A DNA stretch of 52,935 nucleotides from an uncultured Clostridia bacterium (lineage in GTDB: Bacteria; Bacillota; Desulfitisporia; Desulfitisporales; JAWSUQ01), in contig CAYVRD010000002.1 in NCBI GenBank assembly GCA_964454195.1, positions 1 to 52,935 on the forward strand, written 5' to 3'. Shown here one piece after another: positions 10,168-20,818 of this stretch. The notes beneath the pieces are model-generated. The model made no database searches, had not been told where the DNA came from, and worked only from the letters and a program-made list of their open reading frames with translations. Each line of letters begins with the position of its first letter. Within the stretch, counting starts at the first letter, position 1. The position numbers and the translations under genes are program-made.

Positions 10168-10200
10168 ATTATAGCAAAGGATTCTAACAGGATTCTGACA
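10168..10200 (-). promoter_or_regulatory. Promoter with tandem 11-nt direct-repeat operator upstream of the surface protein gene
   Basis: The minus strand reads TGTCAGAATCC-TGTTAGAATCC-TTTGC-TATAAT. The repeats are at 10179-10200 and the -10 hexamer at 10168-10173, 54 nt upstream of the ATG at 10113. A near-identical block lies at 11349-11381. Confidence 0.55.
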
Positions 10201-10218
10201 AATCTCGTATGTTAATAG

Positions 10219-11313
10219 TCAACAGGATAAATCTTTTATTCTCTCTGAAGGGGTGGTATCATACTCTTCTTCTAATATCCGTTCTAACCACTGATAATGG
10301 TTAAAGGCTGCTATTGTATCGCCTGCTTTCTGATATATTTCCATAAGGGTATAGTTTAGTTCTTCATCAAAGGGAGCCAGCTTTGTGATACCCTTTAAAA
10401 CCCTTACGGTCTCATCTTGACAACCTTTGTTATTATAAGCATTGATAATCTCTTTCAAGGCGATCAAAAGGTCTTCTCGCAGCTGTTGATCCTTTCCTAG
10501 GGCCCATAAATACCCTTCCTCTGCTAAAAAGCCCTTAGCAAACAGTATTCCCGCCTTTTCAACTGCAGTATAGGTGGCAGGATCCCCCTTATTGAAGCTG
10601 GTTAAAGCTTCTGTAACCTTGAAATAATCACTGACTCCCTCTGCTACCCATAGACAGTAGCTGTTATTACTATAGTTTAGCTGCACTAGATTTTTGGTTT
10701 GAGAGAATAGATTTCTTATTTTACAAACTGATGTTTGTAATATCTGCAGTGCTTTTTCCTGATTATGATCGGGCCAGATATCCTCAATTATTTTTTCTTT
10801 ATGGATATAGCTACCCTGCTCCATCAACAGATAGGCGAAGAGCTCCTTAGCCTTGGTCCTTTGCCATTTGACAGGCTTATCACCCATGGTAACCTTCAGC
10901 CTACCAAAGACCTTAATATTAAGGCTTGTGGCTGACTCCTGTATTGTAAAGCCGATTTCATTTTTAATCTTTTCTACCATCCGCTGAAATCTTTCCGCTT
11001 TAATCGGTTTTAGAATATAGTCCATAGCATTTAAATCAAAGGCTTGGACTGCGTATTGATTATAGCTGGTTATAAAGACGATAATCAGGGCAGAATCTAT
11101 TTCTAACAGCTTTTCAGCCAAGGTAATACCATCCATCTCAGGCAATTCAATATCTATAAATGCCACTCGAGGATTGGTAAGCTCGATTTCCTCCAGAGCC
11201 TTTAAAGGGTTTTGATATTTACCTACAACATGAAACGAACCAGTCTTGTCAAGGAATTCGCTGGTTTCCTCTAGATTGTACCATTCATCGTCTACAACTA
11301 TGGCTTTAATCAT
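10219..11313 (-). CDS. Response regulator with receiver domain plus SARP-type winged-helix and BTAD domain
   Basis: The 364-aa protein has a REC domain (IVVDDE..., DIELPEMDG). It continues with FGRLKVTMGDKPVKWQRTKAKELFAYLL...IWPD (OmpR/SARP wHTH) and a TPR-like BTAD tail (...YLWALGKDQQLRED...). Confidence 0.85.
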   Translation of the reverse strand: MIKAIVVDDEWYNLEETSEFLDKTGSFHVVGKYQNPLKALEEIELTNPRVAFIDIELPEMDGITLAEKLLEIDSALIIVFITSYNQYAVQAFDLNAMDYILKPIKAERFQRMVEKIKNEIGFTIQESATSLNIKVFGRLKVTMGDKPVKWQRTKAKELFAYLLMEQGSYIHKEKIIEDIWPDHNQEKALQILQTSVCKIRNLFSQTKNLVQLNYSNNSYCLWVAEGVSDYFKVTEALTSFNKGDPATYTAVEKAGILFAKGFLAEEGYLWALGKDQQLREDLLIALKEIINAYNNKGCQDETVRVLKGITKLAPFDEELNYTLMEIYQKAGDTIAAFNHYQWLERILEEEYDTTPSERIKDLSC

Positions 11314-11348
11314 AAGAGCGTCAACTCCGTTTATATAATAATGACTTA

Positions 11349-11381
11349 ATTATAGCAAAGGACTCTGACAGGATTCTGACA
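11349..11381 (-). promoter_or_regulatory. Promoter with tandem 11-nt direct-repeat operator upstream of the response-regulator gene
   Basis: The minus strand reads TGTCAGAATCC-TGTCAGAGTCC-TTTGC-TATAAT. The repeats are at 11360-11381 and the -10 hexamer at 11349-11354, 35 nt upstream of the ATG at 11313. Confidence 0.55.
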
Positions 11382-11405
11382 AATAGCTAATAGGCCTATA
11401 GCAAG

Positions 11406-13094
11406 CTATGATTGATAGGGAATAGAAAATTTTACTGAGGTACCTTTACCTAGCTCACTTTCAATTTTCAATCCTTCTCCATAGTATTTTAGTAGTCTAC
11501 TGTGAATATTATATAGCCCTATTCCTTGTCTTTCATTTTCCTTCCAGGTTAGTCCAAGCATCTTTGCCGGTGCTATTCCCACTCCGTCGTCCTTTATTTC
11601 AAAGGAAACCCTCATATCTTCTTCAGAAATAATTAGCCAGACATTTCCGCCCTCGGCCTTCCTTAAAATTCCATGTCGTATAGAATTCTCTATCAAAGGC
11701 TGCAGTATAAGCCTAGGCACATTTATATTAGGAATATGCTGCCATACAGTATGGTACTTCAGTCTCTCTCCAAACCTCTTATTTTCAATGAATATATAGG
11801 TATTTACTGTTTCAAGCTCATCTTCTAATAAAACCATAGGAGAGGTATTGTCAAAATAACAGCTGTTTGCTAGATACTCCCCCAGATTACCAATTAGCTC
11901 CTTTGCCCCATCGGGATCCCTCTTAATCATTGCCCCAATAACACTTAGGGTGTTGTTTAAAAAATGGGGATTGATTTGAGCTTGCAAAAAAGAAATCTCA
12001 TTTGTCTCTGCTTTGTCTATGGCGATCACGGCAATTTGCTCTAGTGTTTTCTTGCTTTCTACAAACAGGGTAATATTATTTACAGTAAGTATCTTACCTA
12101 TAGTTAAATTATCCTCCAAAACTATTCTAGTAATTTCAGCAGAATAGTATCTCTCCTCCCCCTTTTTACCAAAACTAAATTCCAGGATAGGGCTATTTTC
12201 TTCAAGCCCTTCCAGCTCAGGATGCTGTTTGAGGAAGGAGGAAAGGGTGTATTTATGTCGAGGATTTTTTAACAAGGAGGATGTCTCTGGATATATTTTT
12301 AAAAAAGCATCATTAGCATCTATCAGATGGTCAGTCACATCAATTAGTGCCACCCCCTCCTTTGCTTGCCTATAAACTATTTCCGTCGCTATGGGAATGG
12401 TATTGAAAACTCTAAAATAAAAGATTCCTAAGACATAGAGAATGCCAGAAAAGATTGATACTACTGGAAAATAATCTATACCCAGGTATCCAGTATTGGT
12501 TGCATTTAAATACACTGTTACCCAGGGTATCAAGGAGGCTATTATCATTATTAAATAACCGTATTTATGAAATCTTGAAGAGTTAATTAAGCCTCTAAGA
12601 TAAAAGAACAGCGCAATAACTCCTAAGAGGGTTCCCGACATAACCATCAACCCATATAAGGGTCCTTTTACCGAGGTAATGACAAAGAAATGCCCGTTGC
12701 TTTCAAAGCTGTATGCGGAAATATAGAGATGGTGAAAATCATTTGTAAAAAAAATCAACATATATATGATAGGATGGTAAAGACCAACGTATTTTGCTAT
12801 ATTTAAATACTTCTGAGGAACTCTTGAATACTCAAGGCTCATCATGAGCCAAAGATAATGCTGGATAGGAATTGGAATATGTTGAACATAAAACCAAAAC
12901 ATTGCCGTAGTAAAATCCGTTGCAGTTATTTCTCCAATATAAGCTCCGCTATATGCAATAGCCGAAAATAGGAGCATAATAAAATATTTGGCCCCAGGCA
13001 TTGTCCTTCTTTTATATGCGTAGACAATTAGTAGCAGGGCGCATATTATCGTCGCTAAAAGCACTAAAACTATTGTTAATTTGACCATGTTCAT
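11406..13094 (-). CDS. Sensor histidine kinase, LytS/YesM-type (His_kinase + HATPase_c), with N-terminal 7TM sensor module
   Basis: The 562-aa protein has about seven N-terminal hydrophobic helices. It carries FLQAQINPHFLNNTLSVI (the H-box of the LytS/YehU/YesM family) and a C-terminal GHKL ATPase (DDGVGI...GIGLYNIHSRL). It has a GGAGG RBS. Confidence 0.85.
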   Translation of the reverse strand: MNMVKLTIVLVLLATIICALLLIVYAYKRRTMPGAKYFIMLLFSAIAYSGAYIGEITATDFTTAMFWFYVQHIPIPIQHYLWLMMSLEYSRVPQKYLNIAKYVGLYHPIIYMLIFFTNDFHHLYISAYSFESNGHFFVITSVKGPLYGLMVMSGTLLGVIALFFYLRGLINSSRFHKYGYLIMIIASLIPWVTVYLNATNTGYLGIDYFPVVSIFSGILYVLGIFYFRVFNTIPIATEIVYRQAKEGVALIDVTDHLIDANDAFLKIYPETSSLLKNPRHKYTLSSFLKQHPELEGLEENSPILEFSFGKKGEERYYSAEITRIVLEDNLTIGKILTVNNITLFVESKKTLEQIAVIAIDKAETNEISFLQAQINPHFLNNTLSVIGAMIKRDPDGAKELIGNLGEYLANSCYFDNTSPMVLLEDELETVNTYIFIENKRFGERLKYHTVWQHIPNINVPRLILQPLIENSIRHGILRKAEGGNVWLIISEEDMRVSFEIKDDGVGIAPAKMLGLTWKENERQGIGLYNIHSRLLKYYGEGLKIESELGKGTSVKFSIPYQS

Positions 13095-13158
13095 AGGTTA
13101 TTTCCTCCACATCAAAACCCGTTCATTATTATTCCTTATATTAGTAATCGTTTTAAAG

Positions 13159-13211
13159 GCAAAAAAAATAAGCTCTTTTCACCATCTCTATTTTGATGGT
13201 GAAAAGAGCTT
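13159..13211 (-). terminator. Intrinsic terminator of katG
   Basis: A 17-bp perfect stem forms between aagctcttttcaccatc (13170-13186) and gatggtgaaaagagctt (13195-13211). On the minus strand it is followed by an 8-T run (13162-13169 on the plus strand are A). Confidence 0.85.
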
Positions 13212-13224
13212 TTGAGTAAGCATT

Positions 13225-15429
<2,205 letters not shown>

Positions 15430-15591
15430 TTAAAATTATTGTAGTACTATATTCAATACCTAAAGCTTTAGATTAGGTATAAAACAGGCTGACAAATACT
15501 CTATTTATAATTTCAACACAATACCTTCATTCCCTTTTATTTTTTTAAAAATATTATAATTCCACCTCAAAATAATATGTCCTACCATAGT

Positions 15592-16653
15592 TTAAATTTT
15601 ATCAATAATAACCCCAAAGGAAGATGCCCTAATAAAGGGTAGTTCCCTTATCTCCATCATACTATCTATGTCACCGGTAATTACTACACCTAGGACTCTA
15701 AGATTCTCTCTCCTCATTTCTCCATTTTCATCGGCTAGGGTATTATAAAGCTGATCAAATTGCCATTGGTATCTACTTTTCTTTGTTCGGCCTTGATCAA
15801 TAGCTCTAAAAAACTGCTCTTCGGGAAAATCATAAAATTGTCCATGTTGGTCGTAGGCCTTTATCCCATAAGCAGTTCTTTCGGACCTTACCTTAGCTGG
15901 ATAATGCATAATGTAAGTTTCTCCATTACTGTGACTTTGTTCTCTGACATGGGCTTGTAGTTCTTCTCGCTTAACCAAGGGAATATCATCTATCCAATAC
16001 CAAGCCAAGGTTACATCTTGGGGAATAAGCTCTTTTACTTGATCTATAGTGTACTCTTGGTCAAAGGAGAGAGCCACCTCTATGTATTTATCCTGGCTAA
16101 TCCTATCTAAAAGAGACAAGTCATTAAATGTCTTATTGTAGTTTACATAGGGGTAAAAGAAAACCATTTCTCTTTGCCCAAGCTCATTAAACCTTCTTTG
16201 TTTTAAATCCTCTTCATCCCAACTTTCACCAAGAATTGATGGTGATTCTGTTCCGATCAGATTTCCATAATGATTTGAAAAAACTCCATAATGATATTCT
16301 TGCTGCCCAGTGTACACTACCTTTCCTTCTATGATTTTATAAGTGGTAAATGTACTTCTACCACTTAAATAGTCATGATAACGAGCTACTTTTCCAATAT
16401 AGTTGTTGGGAGAAGAAATATTGTTAAATTGTTTAATAGATATTTGCACCGCACCTTCCATCTTATACACCAGTTCACTAAAGATAACATTGCTACCTAT
16501 AAATAAAACCGCAAACACAAGAGCTGATACAATTATGTTCCTTACAATAGATTGTCTCTTGGCTCGTTTTATGGTTTTTGCCAGCTTTGTATCATTAGAA
16601 AAAATATCATCTAACTCTTTTTCGTCATTACTAGATTTTTGTTTATTATTCAT
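15592..16653 (-). CDS. Putative anti-sigma factor / sigma-factor regulator (single-pass membrane protein)
   Basis: The 353-aa protein has one TM helix (IIVSALVFAVLFIGSNVIF) after a short cytoplasmic N-terminus. Its start overlaps the ECF sigma stop by 8 nt (ATGAATAA), which indicates translational coupling. Confidence 0.55.
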   Translation of the reverse strand: MNNKQKSSNDEKELDDIFSNDTKLAKTIKRAKRQSIVRNIIVSALVFAVLFIGSNVIFSELVYKMEGAVQISIKQFNNISSPNNYIGKVARYHDYLSGRSTFTTYKIIEGKVVYTGQQEYHYGVFSNHYGNLIGTESPSILGESWDEEDLKQRRFNELGQREMVFFYPYVNYNKTFNDLSLLDRISQDKYIEVALSFDQEYTIDQVKELIPQDVTLAWYWIDDIPLVKREELQAHVREQSHSNGETYIMHYPAKVRSERTAYGIKAYDQHGQFYDFPEEQFFRAIDQGRTKKSRYQWQFDQLYNTLADENGEMRRENLRVLGVVITGDIDSMMEIRELPFIRASSFGVIIDKI

Positions 16654-17149
16654 GATTTAATCCCTCCCAAATGTTTTTAAAGCTGTTTCTAGCTCGATAA
16701 AGATAAGTTTTAACCTGGCATTCTGATAACTCTAAAATGTCTCCTATTTCCCTGTAGGATAAGTCCATTAGATATTTGAGAACTAATAAATTTTTATAAG
16801 ACGGTTTCAATAACTTCAAGACTCCATGTACACTTTGTTTGCTTTCCTCAGTGACAATAATGTCATCCATGCTCTTTGCAAGAAACATGATGCTATCTAC
16901 TTCTTCAAGGGAGTAGGGTTGCTGAGCTTTTTTACGATTATATAGATTGTAGTAGCTATTTATGGAAACCTTAAATAACCAAGCCCTTACTTTGCCATCT
17001 TGAATTGAGTTTACGTTTTTAATAGTCTTATATAAGGTATCTTGTGTTATATCTTCTGCATCTTCTTTTGAGGCACCTATTTTCAACAGGTACTTAAAAA
17101 CTGTTTTCATCTCTTTCAAAAGCACTTGCTCAAAATATTCGTCTTCCAT
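16646..17149 (-). CDS. ECF-type RNA polymerase sigma-70 family factor
   Basis: The 167-aa protein has a region 2 (DAEDITQDTLYK) and a region 4 HTH (LSYREIGDILELSECQVKTYLYRARNSF). Confidence 0.85.
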   Translation of the reverse strand: MEDEYFEQVLLKEMKTVFKYLLKIGASKEDAEDITQDTLYKTIKNVNSIQDGKVRAWLFKVSINSYYNLYNRKKAQQPYSLEEVDSIMFLAKSMDDIIVTEESKQSVHGVLKLLKPSYKNLLVLKYLMDLSYREIGDILELSECQVKTYLYRARNSFKNIWEGLNHE

Positions 17150-17359
17150 AGTTCACCGCCTTAATACTGAACAATTTTAACCGGTCTAAAATTGTTTCTA
17201 TAGTATAAGACAACTGATAAGCAGTTTTGTATACACAAAAACAAAAAACTTTTTTCTATTTTATTCTTGCTAATTTGTTTAAGTTATTTAAAATCTCCAG
17301 TAACCGTAGGGATCGCTTTCAAAAACGCTCTCTGAGAAGAAGACCTGTCTAGTATGTTT

Positions 17360-17388
17360 AAAGGGAGTTGCCCACGGCAACTCCCTTT
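17360..17388 (-). terminator. Strong hairpin directly after the SNF2 helicase gene (candidate terminator, no clear U-tract)
   Basis: A 13-bp perfect stem forms between aaagggagttgcc (17360-17372) and ggcaactcccttt (17376-17388) with a 3-nt loop. It abuts or overlaps the stop codon at 17387-17389. Confidence 0.45.
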
Positions 17389-20300
17389 AAAGCTCTAGCA
17401 GCTGCCTTATCTCCTTTTCACTAAGAGAAGTAAGCAACGTCTCTTCCGGCTTGATTACCTGATCTATCAGCTCTCGCTTCTGTTGCTGAAGAGCATAGAT
17501 CTTTTCTTCAATAGTGCCCATTGAAATCATTCTTGTAACATGTACTATCCTACTTTGCCCGATTCGATGAGCTCGATCGGATGCCTGATCCTCAACAGCT
17601 GGATTCCACCATAGGTCAAAGTGAATTACCTTGTCTGCCCCAATTAGATTTAGGCCCGTTCCCCCAGCTTTTAGAGATACTAAAAATACTTGTCTTTCGC
17701 CCGAGTTAAAGGAAGCTGCCATTTCCAAGCGCTTAGCTGCTGGAGTTGCTCCATCTAGATAGAAATAGCTTTTATTGGACAATGTGAGCATCTTACTAAT
17801 TAGCTCCAGCATACCGGTAAACTGGGAAAATATCAGAATTCTGTGGCCGCTGGCCAAAGAGTCCTCGACTACTTCAGCTAATTGCTCTAATTTGCCGCTA
17901 CCCCCTTGATAATCTTCCAGAAACAGGCCAGGATGGCAGCATATCTGGCGCAGACGCATGATGCCTGTCAATATCTTCAGCTTTGCTTTTTCAAATCCCT
18001 GCTCCTCTAGCTCCTGTCGAACTTGTCCACGAAACTGATTCCAGTAGGCTAAGTAAATTTTTTCCTGATCCTCTGTTAGTGGCGACAGTAGCTTGTCCTC
18101 TATTTTATCAGGTAGCTCCTTGAGAACATCCTTTTTTAGGCGGCGCAATATAAAGGGGCTAATCCGTTTTGCCAACGTTTTAGCAGCTTTCTTGTCCCCA
18201 TCCTGTTGTATTGGCTTGCCGTATCGCTTGGCAAACTCTTGAAAGGAATGTAGGTAGCCCGGTAGTATAAAATCAAAAATAGACCATAGCTCGGCAAGGG
18301 AGTTTTCCACCGGTGTTCCTGTTAGGGCAAAGGTTTGGGAAGCTACTATAGACTTAGATACTATTGCTGTTTGGGAATGAGCGTTTTTAATGTACTGAGC
18401 CTCGTCTAGAATAAGTAGGCTAAAGACTTTGTCTTGATAAAGCTCCTCATCTCGACGAAGTAGTGCATAGGAGGTGATTAATACCTTTGCAGGCATGTCT
18501 GGCCATTGAGCCATAATGCTCTGGCGCTCAACCCGGGTTCCGGCCAATATTATACTGGTAAGATGGGGCGCAAATTTTGCCAATTCAGCCTGCCAGTTGT
18601 AAACAACTGAGGTAGGTGCGACCACCAAGGCAACTCCGCCTTTTTCCTGTAGCTCTGAATCTATCAAGGCAATGGCCTGTAATGTCTTACCCAACCCCAT
18701 ATCATCTGCCAAAATGCCACCAAAGCCACATTTGGCTAGGGTTTTCAGCCAGTGAAATCCCTGCTTTTGGTATTCCCTCATTAGCTTATCCATAGCTTCT
18801 GGAATAATTACTGGCTCTGCATTTGGATTTTTTACCCTATCTATGAGAGCTTGAAAAGCTGTTTCCTTAACAAAATTCGATCCCAAATTGCTTTGCAGTG
18901 CTTGATCAAGATTAAAAGCTCGGTATTTGGGTAGATGGAGTACTGGTTTCTTTAAATCCTTATCCTTAATTGCCAGCTCGTCCAGCACTGTGGCAAGCTC
19001 TTGTAGCTCCTGGTCTTCAGTTAACGAGAAAAACCCTCCGTTTTTCAAGCGATAGTACCGGCGTTTTTCCCGTAAAGCCTTAAATAATCCTGTCAGCTCC
19101 GCATGATCAATTCCCTCCCACTGCAGTCCTATTTCCAGCAGGTCGCCCTTTGGCGTCAAGCCTAGTCTTCCCTTTACCTTGGGACGTTGTACTGACAGAT
19201 TTTTTAGACGTTCACTGTAATAAATCTCTGCCTGTTCTTGTAGTTTGGGAAGCTGGAGAACGATAAAGCTGTATATATATTCTTCGTCTTTTAAGTGCAA
19301 ACCACCTGTCCCAACCTCAAAATTAGCCTGCTCTAGCTGATCCATTATAAAGCTCTCTTTTTGGCTGTCTCTAATTAGCAAAGAAGAAGAAAAGGACTCC
19401 TGCTGTTGGCTGTTTATTTGAGCCTTGCTAAAGGGGTCAATCTCCCTCTCGCCATAGCAAAACAGCACTCGAGCCAACAGCTTTTTTCCCTCTTCATCAA
19501 GGTAAATCTTAACCTTAAGCGGTTCTTGTATAAAGGCCTTAGCTACCTCTTCTGTCAGCTTAACCTTCCCAACCTGCCCTAATAGGGGATAGAGCTGCGT
19601 GGCAAATTCCTCCTGATACTGGGGTGGAATAATAATTGGATTCATGTGTGCTAGCCCTGCCAGCACTGATAGCAAGCCATGCTTTTGTTCACTGCTTATG
19701 GCATATATTTCAGATTTGTAAAATAGATAATTTTTTTCCGGATCTATGGCTATAACGTTTCCCTTAATATTTGTTTCCAGCTTAAGTCCATGTTCCTCCC
19801 TAGATAAATTCATTTTGATAGGAAAATCCTTTTTAATACTAGAAATTGGGTAGACTTTCCCATTTAACTCAAAATCAAAGCATCTGTTCTTTAAAATATC
19901 TAATAGTCTTTTCACCATAGAGTATGGAATAATAGCATTTTTACCATTAAACAATCTTTGGCGATTATCATACATATAGCCTGCCCGTTGTCGCAAGGAG
20001 CTGTTTAAGCTATTCAGCTCCAACAAAAAATCTATTAGCTGCTTGTCTTGCTCATCAAACCAATGCTCCTTTGTTGAATAGGTAAGCTTTTTGCCAAAGG
20101 TGAGAGCTCCACCGTTGTCCTGAATATCTAAAAATTCCTCCATATTCTTTACTACATACAATTGACTTAAGCCCATCTTCATTGACAGTCTATGCTCCCA
20201 GTACTTCTCCCAGCTGTGTTGTGCTATTGTTAAGGTGGGACGCAGCAATATTTTATTGGCATCTAATCCCATGTTTTTTTGTGTTTCTTTTGGTTGCTCC

Positions 20301-20761
20301 GCTAAACCCAGCATATTTTGTACGGCTATTAATTGGGCTTGCTTAAATTGTCTCATTTTTTCTACTTCTTCTTTCTTCTGCTTTTCTTCCGCAGCCTGTT
20401 TAGGTGCAGCATCCCTCTGGGCAGAGCTGATGGCAATGCCACTATTTATTTCCCTTTGCTCTTGGTAAATTGAAAGGAATACTGCCACAATATGCTTACA
20501 TATGTTATACATACTACTGTAGGCTGGGCAGGAGCAATAGGCTTCATAATAGCCTTCGTAAACATCATCGCTGTTTTCGTCATAAAAAATGATATCCACA
20601 TCATACATTTTAGTGCCCTTGACCCTGGCATTATAGATTTGCTCTTTCTTATCAAATGTCAGGTTTTTCACTAAGCCCCCCTTAAAATATTCCATCCCCC
20701 TAGAAAACACAACAGCTGTATCACATTGCTCCCTAATCCAATCTAGCGTCAATCTCTCCAA
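17387..20761 (-). CDS. SWIM zinc-finger / SNF2-family helicase (SNF2_N + helicase C)
   Basis: The 1124-aa protein has a SWIM motif CSCPAYSSMYNICKH (20492-20536). Its helicase motifs are LADDMGLGKT (motif I), LILDEAQYIKN (DEAQ box) and the C-terminal DLWWNPAVEDQASDRAHRIGQ. The start codon is TTG (20759-20761), preceded by GGGAG. Confidence 0.9.
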   Translation of the reverse strand: MERLTLDWIREQCDTAVVFSRGMEYFKGGLVKNLTFDKKEQIYNARVKGTKMYDVDIIFYDENSDDVYEGYYEAYCSCPAYSSMYNICKHIVAVFLSIYQEQREINSGIAISSAQRDAAPKQAAEEKQKKEEVEKMRQFKQAQLIAVQNMLGLAEQPKETQKNMGLDANKILLRPTLTIAQHSWEKYWEHRLSMKMGLSQLYVVKNMEEFLDIQDNGGALTFGKKLTYSTKEHWFDEQDKQLIDFLLELNSLNSSLRQRAGYMYDNRQRLFNGKNAIIPYSMVKRLLDILKNRCFDFELNGKVYPISSIKKDFPIKMNLSREEHGLKLETNIKGNVIAIDPEKNYLFYKSEIYAISSEQKHGLLSVLAGLAHMNPIIIPPQYQEEFATQLYPLLGQVGKVKLTEEVAKAFIQEPLKVKIYLDEEGKKLLARVLFCYGEREIDPFSKAQINSQQQESFSSSLLIRDSQKESFIMDQLEQANFEVGTGGLHLKDEEYIYSFIVLQLPKLQEQAEIYYSERLKNLSVQRPKVKGRLGLTPKGDLLEIGLQWEGIDHAELTGLFKALREKRRYYRLKNGGFFSLTEDQELQELATVLDELAIKDKDLKKPVLHLPKYRAFNLDQALQSNLGSNFVKETAFQALIDRVKNPNAEPVIIPEAMDKLMREYQKQGFHWLKTLAKCGFGGILADDMGLGKTLQAIALIDSELQEKGGVALVVAPTSVVYNWQAELAKFAPHLTSIILAGTRVERQSIMAQWPDMPAKVLITSYALLRRDEELYQDKVFSLLILDEAQYIKNAHSQTAIVSKSIVASQTFALTGTPVENSLAELWSIFDFILPGYLHSFQEFAKRYGKPIQQDGDKKAAKTLAKRISPFILRRLKKDVLKELPDKIEDKLLSPLTEDQEKIYLAYWNQFRGQVRQELEEQGFEKAKLKILTGIMRLRQICCHPGLFLEDYQGGSGKLEQLAEVVEDSLASGHRILIFSQFTGMLELISKMLTLSNKSYFYLDGATPAAKRLEMAASFNSGERQVFLVSLKAGGTGLNLIGADKVIHFDLWWNPAVEDQASDRAHRIGQSRIVHVTRMISMGTIEEKIYALQQQKRELIDQVIKPEETLLTSLSEKEIRQLLEL

Positions 20762-20818
20762 TGCTACTCACACTCCCATATGTATCCTAAGCTATGTTTT
20801 AAACAACAGACATGCTCG

